Shown here: positions 37,226 through 45,954 of the stretch, piece after piece
How the letters are laid out: the number at the start of each line of letters is the position of its first letter
Position numbering within the stretch: position 1 is the first letter of the stretch
Source of the DNA: a virus
Lineage: Duplodnaviria > Caudoviricetes
Strand: one strand, 5' to 3'
Virus record (IMG/VR): IMGVR_UViG_3300044477_000165
Span: 1 to 48,488 of that record
Length of the DNA: 48,488 bases
Notes under the pieces: generated by a model
Told to the model about the DNA's origin: nothing
The model's database searches: none
What the model saw: the letters and a program-made list of their open reading frames with translations, nothing else
Program-made: the position numbers and the translations under genes

Positions 37226-37809
37226 GCCTCCGAGTGCTCGGTACGATTACCGAGCGAGTCCGAAATGTCTGCATTGGCGGGAGCAACGTCCACGTATTCG
37301 AAATCGTCGTCTAACGCGTCTAGTATAGGCTGCTCGATTACACCGGGCACGAGATACTCCCGTCCCAGATTACCGACTGACGTTGCCTTCAAAAGCTGCG
37401 GATTACGCATAATGACCGGCGAGCCCGCTTGCCCGACGTCAGTTGAATAGACGCGGATCTGACGCAGCACCTCGTGCAGCACGCGAAACGCCGCATGGTC
37501 GTGATCAACATCAACGCTCTTTTCCCGCAGAGCCCGGCCGTAAACGTACACGTGAAACTGATGCATCAGCGTCTGGAGCGGGCGCGCCGGCTGCGGCCAA
37601 TGTTTGGGGTTCTCGAGGGGCCCGACATCTCCGTTCGGCGCGCCTGGCACGAACACGACGCGACCGAGCGCGCCAGTGTCGAGATTCGACGGCGGGCGTC
37701 CTCGTCCCCAAACGACTGGGACAAGCACGCGACCACTCGCGGTGAACGACGACTCAATCACGGGTTTGACCGTGTTGAACAGATGTTCGAGCGCGAAAAC
37801 GACAGCCAC
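37222..37809 (-). CDS. Tail completion/terminator protein
   Basis: Position between neck and sheath genes. Confidence 0.6.
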   Translation of the reverse strand: MAVVFALEHLFNTVKPVIESSFTASGRVLVPVVWGRGRPPSNLDTGALGRVVFVPGAPNGDVGPLENPKHWPQPARPLQTLMHQFHVYVYGRALREKSVDVDHDHAAFRVLHEVLRQIRVYSTDVGQAGSPVIMRNPQLLKATSVGNLGREYLVPGVIEQPILDALDDDFEYVDVAPANADISDSLGNRTEHSEA

Positions 37810-38240
37810 TACTTGCTCCCAAATATTTCGTGGAAGCGCTTTTCGAGCACTTCACGCGTGACAGTTTTGAAAGGCCCCGGGAGACTCTTCCACGGAATGA
37901 TCGGGCGCCGGAATCCGCCGAGGTTCGAGGACCCGCCACGATAGCCGCGGGCGCTCCCGACGTGGTGCCGCACTTCAACGCCGCTCAGTTCGAGAACAAT
38001 CGTCGTGCCCTGCACGCGCACCGATACGGCCTTATCCGCTTCCTCGAGCACGACGGCGCTTGAATCGCCGGGCTTCCACGGATGACCGTACGGGTCGACC
38101 TGAGCGCGCACGTTCGCACGCACCTTCGCCTTGTACGCTTTCGCGACGTCAGGCGCCGCATCCTCGGTGAGTCCTTCGACGGCGCGCAGCCGATCGAGGA
38201 ACGCGTCGAGCTCGGCGTAAGCCGCGTAGTTGTCAACCAT
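37809..38240 (-). CDS. Virion morphogenesis protein (Mu gpG / P2 gpS-like)
   Basis: QVDPYGHPWKP...HHVG...RRPIIP. Confidence 0.7.
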   Translation of the reverse strand: MVDNYAAYAELDAFLDRLRAVEGLTEDAAPDVAKAYKAKVRANVRAQVDPYGHPWKPGDSSAVVLEEADKAVSVRVQGTTIVLELSGVEVRHHVGSARGYRGGSSNLGGFRRPIIPWKSLPGPFKTVTREVLEKRFHEIFGSK

Positions 38241-38709
38241 AGCGCCTGTTACGCGCAACAGCGTCCATTTGCTTGTGTTTCCAAGTAAACGGAGACTGTT
38301 CCGAGTAGCAAGAGGTAGCGGGCTCCGTTGCTTGCACGGCAGTCGAGCCCTGCTGTAGCGGAAGAATGAACAGCCCGCGAACGGGATCCGCGGCTTCCGC
38401 GATCTGCGAATCCGCGAGCGTAGCAGCCGCGGCGATCGCGGCTTGCTGCTCATCAGACGGACGTGTCCCATGCGCTGCGTAGGCGCGCGGCGTGAGCAAA
38501 TCGGCAACCCAAAGTTTTACGACTTCGGGGTACGGCGCACGAAACGGCACGTCCCCGCGCTTGATCAATCTCGCGTCAATCCCGTTCGAAAGCGCTTCAC
38601 TGACTCGCATGAGCCAGCCCGGGCGCTTCAACTCGAGTTCCTCGGCCTGCGCCTCATCGAAGGGCGATCGGTCACAAAACTCTTGGATTGACGCGAGATA
38701 GTTCGCCAC
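38233..38709 (-). CDS. Head-tail adaptor (Mu gp36/DUF1320-like)
   Basis: MANY...IDARLIKR..VPF..PYP. Follows the capsid gene. Confidence 0.7.
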   Translation of the reverse strand: MANYLASIQEFCDRSPFDEAQAEELELKRPGWLMRVSEALSNGIDARLIKRGDVPFRAPYPEVVKLWVADLLTPRAYAAHGTRPSDEQQAAIAAAATLADSQIAEAADPVRGLFILPLQQGSTAVQATEPATSCYSEQSPFTWKHKQMDAVARNRRYG

Positions 38710-38711
38710 GC

Positions 38712-39890
38712 TTAGGACCTCGGTGCTTGCTGCTTGTACATGAATTGCGGTTGCGAAACACCCACGAACATGCGCATCTGACCGACGGCGGCCACTTCGT
38801 TCGAGATCGCCAGCTCGAAGTTCACGCCACCTTCGCCGGCGGTGGCCGCGTAGAACTTCGTTTGCCAGGGCTCATAGATACCGATATTGAGGCACCCGAG
38901 CTCGGACGACGCGAGGTTCTCTTCGCAGACGAGGTACCAATCGTACTCTTCGTTCGTACCGATGCCTGCGAACTCGTCGAGGATGATCGGCTCCGAAAGG
39001 CCGAGCTTCGTGATGACACCCTTGATCTCCTGAGCGCCTCCACCCGTGCCGGAGCTTTGCGCGGAGATGAACTGCGCGTTCAAGATCGTCACGAGCGCCT
39101 TGCGAAGCTTCGGACCTGCGATGATGCCGGAGGGCTTCAGATATCGCGGCGTCTTGCCATCTGCCATCTTGATGGCGGAGAGCGCGACGATCGTGTCCCA
39201 CAGGTTGTTGTACCCATCCTCGATCGACACCGACGAGCCCGCATCGTATTCCCACTCGCCCGTGGTCGAGTTCTTCTTGAACGGGCCCGCGATCGGCTTG
39301 AATCCGATGTTGTTCGCGCCACCCGCACCGGAGCCCGGTGCACCGAGAAACAGATTGCAGTAGGTGCCGAGGCTGGTGCGACGGAAGTTGTACGGATGAT
39401 CCGCGGCGAAAAGTGCCTTACCGTCGAAGCACTTCAGGGCAAACGAGTTGCCGTTGTCCGTCGTCATCGTCGTGCCCGTGCCGGCACGCAACGCGGTGAT
39501 CACGAGATGCTGCGGTTGGTATGCAGCGCGGGCGGTAACCTGCTTCGTCCACTGCGTAAGCAGCTGGATGCCTTCGCCGCCAACGTTGCCGTTCGCGTCC
39601 AAGTCCTTGAACTTGAACTCACTCTCACGCCAACCACTCTTGAAAACGTGATTGGTGAAGCTCTGCTCGCCGAAGGCCTGATCCTCGAAGCGAACAGATC
39701 CGCCGTCCTGCCCGTAATCGCGAATGACCGCGCCTTCGAGCATTTGCAAATACTTCTGCGTAAGAGTGGTGCTCGGAAGCACCTTCGTGAACTTCTGATA
39801 TTGAAGATTCTGCGCAATGCGAACGTACTCGTTCACCTCGGTGAAACGCACGGTCGTGCGCAGATTCGTGACAAGCTCTAGATCTAGCAT
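38712..39890 (-). CDS. Major capsid protein (Mu gpT-like)
   Basis: CFDGKALFAADHP, IKMADG..RYLKP..IIAGPKL and DWYL motifs. AGGAG RBS. Confidence 0.9.
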   Translation of the reverse strand: MLDLELVTNLRTTVRFTEVNEYVRIAQNLQYQKFTKVLPSTTLTQKYLQMLEGAVIRDYGQDGGSVRFEDQAFGEQSFTNHVFKSGWRESEFKFKDLDANGNVGGEGIQLLTQWTKQVTARAAYQPQHLVITALRAGTGTTMTTDNGNSFALKCFDGKALFAADHPYNFRRTSLGTYCNLFLGAPGSGAGGANNIGFKPIAGPFKKNSTTGEWEYDAGSSVSIEDGYNNLWDTIVALSAIKMADGKTPRYLKPSGIIAGPKLRKALVTILNAQFISAQSSGTGGGAQEIKGVITKLGLSEPIILDEFAGIGTNEEYDWYLVCEENLASSELGCLNIGIYEPWQTKFYAATAGEGGVNFELAISNEVAAVGQMRMFVGVSQPQFMYKQQAPRS

Positions 39891-39898
39891 GGGGCTCC

Positions 39899-40342
39899 TT
39901 AGCTCAGCAACGCGCCGAGTTCTGCGCTCACCGGTTTGATTCCAACGCCGTCCGTCGCGTGCACGTCATAGACGATCCCCGCGATCGGGTAGTTCAAGCC
40001 CGACCCGTTGTTTGCGCTCTTCGTGACCGTATTCGGCCCCGAAAAGTAGACCTTCTTTTGGAAATCCGTCGCAAGAACGACGGCACCCGAATCGGTCGCG
40101 TTGGCGTAGTACTCGAGATCGGCTTTATCGAAAAGCTCGATCTGCACGACGGTATCGCCCGCGGTCTGATCGAAATCCTCGATCGCGGTGCCGAGCGAAT
40201 GCATTGTAGTGACCGCGCCAACCTGGTCCGCGGTGTGAGTTCCGGGGATCGAGCCAACGGCGTCCCCATACGAGCCAGATGCGCCCGTCGCGAGGGGCAC
40301 CGTGATCTTACGGCAGGCTTGCCGAATGCGCCATTTAGCCAT
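39899..40342 (-). CDS. Capsid decoration/cement protein
   Basis: Between protease and capsid genes, beta-rich. GGAGG RBS. Confidence 0.7.
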   Translation of the reverse strand: MAKWRIRQACRKITVPLATGASGSYGDAVGSIPGTHTADQVGAVTTMHSLGTAIEDFDQTAGDTVVQIELFDKADLEYYANATDSGAVVLATDFQKKVYFSGPNTVTKSANNGSGLNYPIAGIVYDVHATDGVGIKPVSAELGALLS

Positions 40343-40345
40343 GAA

Positions 40346-41878
40346 CTACTTGCCCTCCTTGACGGCCTTGATCTGCGCCTGCAGCTTGCCGTATGCCTCG
40401 TTCGCTTGCTCCGGCGAGATAGCGCCGAGCTGGATTCCTTCGACGCTCGTATCGACCGCCTGTGCGCTGCCGAGTCCGGCGGCGCGCAGCATGTACGGCG
40501 GCAGCGCGGGCGCGGTGGCCTTCGCTACCGGAGTTTCGGCCGCGGTTCCGCGTGCGGCGGTTCCGGCGAGAGCCGCGGCGGGAGTCGCCTGCACGACGGC
40601 GCTACGCTTGATCGCCTTCGCGGCGAGCGCTTGCGTTCGCGCGTTGCTCTCGAAAATCCGAGCAGAGCGAGAGTGATCGTTGGCCTTTGCACGAAGACGA
40701 TCGGCCTCGGCCAACTTGGCGTCGGCGCGCTTGGCGCAATCCTTGGCGCCCGTGCGAAGGATCGCGCGAGCCTCGGTCTCAGCCTTCGCCGCAGCAGCGC
40801 GGCAAGCCTTCGCCGCAGAAGCTTCGGCCTTTGCCTGTTCCTCGTCGCTCTTGTCCTCGGCGGACGTATCGTCGGAGTCGTCCGCGGCGTCGGTGCCGGG
40901 CTCGTCGTCAGCCGCGGAAGCTTCGTCGCCATCGGGCTCCTTGTGCTCCGGCTCTTCTTCACCTTCAACTTTCGCGTCCGAAGCGTCGAGCATTTTGCGT
41001 GCGGCGCGGCCTTCGTCGGAGTCGTCCGAAGCAAGCTCGCCCAGCATTTTGCGGGCTTCCTCGAGCGATGCTTTCTTCGCGCTCGTGGTTGCCTGGTTGT
41101 TTGCAATCCCTGGCATGTTGTTGTCGTCTTTCTTGGTTGCTTCCGCGGCCATCGCTCGGCCCGAAAAGTCATCTGCTATTGCGTCAGCAAGCCCCAAATC
41201 GATTGCCTGCTGACCGTGGAAAACCGCGGCCTGCCACGAGCTAATTGTGGCTACCGGTATTGTAGTCCGCTCCGAAACCCAGCCCCAGAAAATCTCCGCG
41301 TCTCGGTCAACGGCCTCCTGGATAGCCGCGACCGTCTCGTCAGAGATCGAAGCAAGCGGATGCCCGTCAGCTTTGCGTGCGCCGGACGTAATCAAGCGAA
41401 CATCCACGCCGCTTCGTGCGGCTTGCTCTGCGAAACTTTGGACTTCGGCAATCACGCCGATCGAGCCAAAACGCGCTTCGGGTGGCAGAACGATTCGGTC
41501 ACAGGCCATCGCGAGCGCCAACGCTGCCGAGCACGTCTGGCCATCGACGTACCAGATCATGGGCTTCCCGGATTCGTCCGCGATCCGCCTCATGATCCGC
41601 GCCGACGAGAAGCACCCGCCAACTTCGCCGCCCGGAGAATCCCCCGTGATGTACACGACCCGCACCTCAGGATCCGCGTGGGCCGCGCGGACGCGTTCGA
41701 CGATCTCGTCGTACGACTCGAAATACCAATCGGGGTGGTGACTTAGCGGACCGCGGATGGTGATCGTCGCCACGCCGTCAGCACAGTGGTATTGCTTTTC
41801 CGCGGGGGCTGCGTAATCCCATTCGACGCTTGCGTGCGTCGGATCAATCGCCAGCGTGCCGCGTCGTGTGAACTTCAT
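40346..41878 (-). CDS. Prohead protease (S49/SppA family) fused to scaffold
   Basis: DSPGGEVGG, CSAALALA, GSIGV, GARKADG, AIDLGLAD. Acidic, Ala-rich C-terminal half. Confidence 0.9.
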   Translation of the reverse strand: MKFTRRGTLAIDPTHASVEWDYAAPAEKQYHCADGVATITIRGPLSHHPDWYFESYDEIVERVRAAHADPEVRVVYITGDSPGGEVGGCFSSARIMRRIADESGKPMIWYVDGQTCSAALALAMACDRIVLPPEARFGSIGVIAEVQSFAEQAARSGVDVRLITSGARKADGHPLASISDETVAAIQEAVDRDAEIFWGWVSERTTIPVATISSWQAAVFHGQQAIDLGLADAIADDFSGRAMAAEATKKDDNNMPGIANNQATTSAKKASLEEARKMLGELASDDSDEGRAARKMLDASDAKVEGEEEPEHKEPDGDEASAADDEPGTDAADDSDDTSAEDKSDEEQAKAEASAAKACRAAAAKAETEARAILRTGAKDCAKRADAKLAEADRLRAKANDHSRSARIFESNARTQALAAKAIKRSAVVQATPAAALAGTAARGTAAETPVAKATAPALPPYMLRAAGLGSAQAVDTSVEGIQLGAISPEQANEAYGKLQAQIKAVKEGK

Positions 41879-43320
41879 GCTGCAAGCGCCTCCGGCGCGG
41901 ATGCTTTTCTAACAAGCTCGTCAATGGTCATCGAACCGCGGTCGTCGCCAATCGGGGGCAAGCCCTGCGAAACGCGGGCCTCATCGACCGTCACGACCTT
42001 AGCGATATCTGTCGGCGCAAGCGCAAGCTTCGCGGTCGGCGTGTTGCCTGCAGGCTTGCGCTTCACGTCAATATCATACTTCGAGAACACGGCGGCCGCG
42101 TCCACGGTGAGCCCGTGCTTCGCTGCAGCGTCCTCGAGGGCCGCGAGGCCCGCGCCGAGCGCTGTATAGATCGAAGCCTCCGCCGTCAGATCACTCGGAC
42201 GCTTGACGTCGTACGTGTAACACGGGGATTCCTCGAACGCGCCGGGGTCCGTCAGATACGTATAGTACGGCAGGACCTGCGTCGAGATCGTATGCGCGAG
42301 GGGAGTCGCGGACTCTTGGATCAGATCGTAGCGAATCGACGCATAGAGATCTTCGCTCGAGAAACCGGTGCCGCCCGTGATTGACACGAGCTGACCGGCG
42401 AGCGCGATCATGAAGTCTTCATTTGCCTCTTTGATCGAGGTGTCGAAACCTTCCCAGCCGCGACCATTGCTCTCGAGTAACTTGACGTCCCAGCCTTCGG
42501 GGGCGTTGAAGACGCTGTTGATACCCCAGCTGCCGATCTGCTGCAACCACTGCGCGCGACCCTCTTTCGTTGCCGAGCGCGGAGAAACGGCGACGCGCGC
42601 CGCGTTCGCCAGGTGGAAAGCCCAATTGCTCTTGAGATGCTGCAGCGAATCCTTACGCACCCACGAGCGTCCGATCGCGTGCCAGTTGCCGTCTTGCCAG
42701 GGCGCGATCCGCGGCCCCGCGAAATTGATCACCCAACGCCCATCCCCGGGCGTCACGGGGATAAGGCCGGCGTTCGAGCGGAAGCACCACTGATTATATT
42801 GCCACAGATAGACGAAGTGCTCGGGGTCTTTACGTTCGAGCACCGGATACGGACGGCCTTGCACGGGCACGAGCTCGGCGAACGCGACCTTCAGAAAGTC
42901 CGCGTCGTCCGCCATCTTGCGGAGCTCCGTGGGCGGGCACATCAAATCGAAAACCGACACGCCGCGATCCGTGCGCGTCAGGGACTCGACGACCGCCTCG
43001 TTGCCCGTCCAGCGCTTCGGCAGACGCGTAATCCCGCCGCTCTTCGTTGCGAGCAGGCCAGAGATCACGGGGTCACGTCGCATCGCACGGCAAAGCTTCG
43101 CGGCCATCGAGAGGTCCCCAAGATCCGCGAGGCGCGATGCCTGGTCGACTTCCTCGAGGAACCACTCGAGCTTCGTCGTGGGGAGCGGCGTGAGGTTACC
43201 GCCGAGCGCCTCGCGAATCGACGTGACGAGACGCGAGTCAACGGACACCCCCGGGACTTTGGCAATCCCGTCGTAGATGCTCCGTGACAACAGAGCCGCG
43301 GCGCGGTCAAGAAAACTCAC
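41875..43320 (-). CDS. Portal protein (Mu gp29/DUF935-like)
   Basis: Position upstream of the protease. MRRDPVISGLLATK, ALAGQLVS and TVDEARVSQGLPP motifs. Confidence 0.85.
   Translation of the reverse strand: MSFLDRAAALLSRSIYDGIAKVPGVSVDSRLVTSIREALGGNLTPLPTTKLEWFLEEVDQASRLADLGDLSMAAKLCRAMRRDPVISGLLATKSGGITRLPKRWTGNEAVVESLTRTDRGVSVFDLMCPPTELRKMADDADFLKVAFAELVPVQGRPYPVLERKDPEHFVYLWQYNQWCFRSNAGLIPVTPGDGRWVINFAGPRIAPWQDGNWHAIGRSWVRKDSLQHLKSNWAFHLANAARVAVSPRSATKEGRAQWLQQIGSWGINSVFNAPEGWDVKLLESNGRGWEGFDTSIKEANEDFMIALAGQLVSITGGTGFSSEDLYASIRYDLIQESATPLAHTISTQVLPYYTYLTDPGAFEESPCYTYDVKRPSDLTAEASIYTALGAGLAALEDAAAKHGLTVDAAAVFSKYDIDVKRKPAGNTPTAKLALAPTDIAKVVTVDEARVSQGLPPIGDDRGSMTIDELVRKASAPEALAA
42398..42661. 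repeat. Source copy of the 264-bp exact repeat (inside the portal gene)
   Basis: Identical to 43700-43963 (offset 1302). Confidence 0.95.
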
Positions 43321-43325
43321 GCCTG

Positions 43326-43342
43326 GGTTATAGCCTATAACC
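43326..43342. promoter_or_regulatory. Palindrome GGTTATAG-C-CTATAACC at the portal start
   Basis: Perfect 8-bp inverted repeat 5 bp upstream of the portal GTG. Contains TATAAC (-10-like). Confidence 0.65.
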
Positions 43343-43441
43343 GAAGCATGAGTTCATCGAAGCCGACGCCGCGGCCGAAACCACCGGAGAAACCGAAGGC
43401 GCAGCAACCAACGCCGCGCCCTCAGATGGTAGTGCACCAGG

Positions 43442-43684
43442 TCAAGACTTTCGCCTGACCATCTCCCGAAGGCGTTCTGCGACTGCAGCTTCGCCGTGCA
43501 CCGCCACGGCATAGTCGAGCTGTTCACGTAGCGCCCGCGTGGCCGCGTCATCCTCGAGACGCGTCTGATTCCACGCGCGTGTTCCGGCGGCCCACCCCGC
43601 CATGTAGTCGCTACGGCTGGGCACCTTTATCTGCGGGGGTGGGAGCGGGACCCGTAAAAGCTTCCGCAACAATCTGCGGATCAC
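43442..43684 (-). CDS. Small hypothetical protein (80 aa)
   Basis: GGAGG RBS and GTGA overlap with the glycosyltransferase stop. Confidence 0.6.
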   Translation of the reverse strand: MIRRLLRKLLRVPLPPPQIKVPSRSDYMAGWAAGTRAWNQTRLEDDAATRALREQLDYAVAVHGEAAVAERLREMVRRKS

Positions 43685-45948
43685 TGCAGCACCTCCCCAG
43701 CGAGCGCGATCATGAAGTCTTCATTTGCCTCTTTGATCGAGGTGTCGAAACCTTCCCAGCCGCGACCATTGCTCTCGAGTAACTTGACGTCCCAGCCTTC
43801 GGGGGCGTTGAAGACGCTGTTGATACCCCAGCTGCCGATCTGCTGCAACCACTGCGCGCGACCCTCTTTCGTTGCCGAGCGCGGAGAAACGGCGACGCGC
43901 GCCGCGTTCGCCAGGTGGAAAGCCCAATTGCTCTTGAGATGCTGCAGCGAATCCTTACGCACCTCCCCAGCGAGCGCGCGAAGGAGCGTATCCGAGTCAC
44001 CCCAGGTGTACATTTGCGACGCGTCGAAACGCTCGCGCATCACTGGCAGATCCGGTACCACAACGCGGGACACGGCAAGCGCGCACTCTGAGGCAACAAT
44101 CCCGTAAGACTCCGTGCGAGCAACGGCGGGCACTGCAACGTCAACACTAGCCAGATAGCCCCCAAGCTCCTCCGGTCGATAGGCACCTCGAAACGCAACA
44201 TGCTCGAGCCCCGACACGTCGCACTCAGGATCCACGGGCCCTATGACAGACCAACGATATTGGTGCGGTTCCTTCCGCGCGGCATCAGCAAACGCCTGCC
44301 ACCCCTTGCTATCCGTTGCGCCTCCGACGAAGGCAACACGTGGGCGCCCGTCGGACAGCGCACGTTGAGGCCGCCGTGGGCGCTGATGCGCTGGAGCGAC
44401 AATCTCGCAATGAGCTAACGGAACGCCCATGGCGCGAGCGTGTGCCACAGACGGGGCCTCCAGCTGTGGGGCTTGTGCTCTCAGCAGCGAGAACCGCCAC
44501 CCATGCGATGCCAGGGCATTGGCGATATTGGTGTCATGCACGGGCCGCTTGAACACGGCGGCGGACTTCACGCACTCCACGCACTCCCTTCGCTGCTCAC
44601 ATCCGCTATACGAGCACGCACCGCCGCGGAGCAACATCGGACATTTTTGGTAGACGTCGTGTAACGCAACCACGACACGGGCAAACGAACTAGACGCAAC
44701 ACTAAGCATGCGCTCTTCGGCACCCGCCCAACCAGCGAAGTGCTCGAATCGAATCGTATCGCCGTAAGAGATCCCAAGGCCTCGCAGCACCCGGTTGAAC
44801 CAACGGGCGATGCGCTTGCCGGCGGGAACATCCGAAGCTGAGAATGCGTGGCCGCCGACGGTCATCGACGCGCCGACGAGCTCGGGGCTCGCCGTGACCC
44901 GCAACACGCCATCGGCATCCCATTCGCATGCGCCCTCCGCCAGATGGGGATACCGGGGGTATATGACGACGTGCAAGTTGCTGGGGTCGCGCAACGCGGC
45001 AACGCGGATCGAATTCTCCACACCTCCGGGCGTGCCATAGTTATGCGCAACGTGCACGACGATCGAACGATCGAGCTCGGGCTCGTCACGCAGCTGCAAC
45101 GCGAGCATCAGACGCACACGCAGTCGCGTCAAGGGCGCGCCGAGGTACCACTCCCTCACGCAATCCGCGTAGTGCGGGTAACGCTCGTCAACAATACGGA
45201 TCGCGTTACGCCGAAGCTCGTCGCGCTCTGGCGAATCCCCAAACGACGCTTGGCCCTTGTGCCACACGAAAAGGTCGTCGGCGAGACGGCAGGTAAAGCC
45301 CAGGGCGTTTGCACGCATGCACCAATCGACTTCCTCACCGTAACCTTTGCCGAACGCCGCGTCGAACTCACCGACGGCGGCTAGAGCCTCGTGCGTGAGA
45401 AGCATGCAAAAGCCCATCACGGTGGGGATACACGGGTGTTCACTCTCGGAACATTCCTCGACGTAGTGATCCATCTGATCCGTGCTACACCACGCTGGAA
45501 GGTTGTTCGAGCCCGGATTCGGCACCGAGTAGATCGTGGCATAGTTCGACACGGGGCACACGGCGGCCACGTGGCAGTAACCCGTCTCCTCGTCGACGCT
45601 CACATCCGGGATTGCGCCATAGAGACGCTCAACCCACCGCGGAGGTACCTCGGTGTCCGAGTTGAGTATGATCGCGTCGTCATCGTCATCCTGAAAGTCA
45701 CATAGCGCTTCGTTGACGGTAGCACCAAACCCGCGGTTTACCTCGCTGCGGATGTAGAACCAATTCGTGTGCGTGCTGCAAAACTCGCGCAAGTATTCTG
45801 AGAGGCCGCGTTCAGTGCTGGCGTCGTCGGCGATGATGACCGCGGCTTCGCTCGGATCGGTGTTACGTGCGACGCTCGCGATGCACTTCCTAACAAGATC
45901 GCCTTGGTTGAATACGGGGATAATGACGATGCAGTTACGTGTTTTCAT
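43681..45948 (-). CDS. Two-domain glycosyltransferase (GT2 plus GT4-like) with C-terminal portal-derived segment
   Basis: GT-A motifs IIPVFN, DDAS, NRGF, LNSD, GYGEEVDWC. GT-B motifs FVGGATDSKG, ESYGIVASE. The last ~90 aa are copied from the portal. Confidence 0.9.
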   Translation of the reverse strand: MKTRNCIVIIPVFNQGDLVRKCIASVARNTDPSEAAVIIADDASTERGLSEYLREFCSTHTNWFYIRSEVNRGFGATVNEALCDFQDDDDDAIILNSDTEVPPRWVERLYGAIPDVSVDEETGYCHVAAVCPVSNYATIYSVPNPGSNNLPAWCSTDQMDHYVEECSESEHPCIPTVMGFCMLLTHEALAAVGEFDAAFGKGYGEEVDWCMRANALGFTCRLADDLFVWHKGQASFGDSPERDELRRNAIRIVDERYPHYADCVREWYLGAPLTRLRVRLMLALQLRDEPELDRSIVVHVAHNYGTPGGVENSIRVAALRDPSNLHVVIYPRYPHLAEGACEWDADGVLRVTASPELVGASMTVGGHAFSASDVPAGKRIARWFNRVLRGLGISYGDTIRFEHFAGWAGAEERMLSVASSSFARVVVALHDVYQKCPMLLRGGACSYSGCEQRRECVECVKSAAVFKRPVHDTNIANALASHGWRFSLLRAQAPQLEAPSVAHARAMGVPLAHCEIVAPAHQRPRRPQRALSDGRPRVAFVGGATDSKGWQAFADAARKEPHQYRWSVIGPVDPECDVSGLEHVAFRGAYRPEELGGYLASVDVAVPAVARTESYGIVASECALAVSRVVVPDLPVMRERFDASQMYTWGDSDTLLRALAGEVRKDSLQHLKSNWAFHLANAARVAVSPRSATKEGRAQWLQQIGSWGINSVFNAPEGWDVKLLESNGRGWEGFDTSIKEANEDFMIALAGEVLQ
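43689..43978. repeat. Inserted portal copy flanked by the 20-bp direct repeat GCACCTCCCCAGCGAGCGCG
   Basis: Direct repeats at 43689-43708 and 43959-43978. Net insertion is 270 bp, in frame. Confidence 0.9.
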
Positions 45949-45954
45949 GGGTCC

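Noticed and set aside
39959-41746. 595-aa plus-strand ORF (also 38688-39881, 32518-33993 and many shorter ones)
   Set aside because: Antisense shadows of well-supported minus-strand genes, expected from high-GC codon bias. No motifs or RBS.
43354-43436. Arg/Trp-rich micro-ORF (VHYHLRARRWLLRLRFLRWFRPRRRLR)
   Set aside because: It could be a real peptide, but it is too short and lacks a clear RBS, so I cannot support it.
42398-43963. Diversity-generating retroelement (template/variable repeat pair)
   Set aside because: The copies are identical with no adenine-specific changes, and no reverse transcriptase is encoded.
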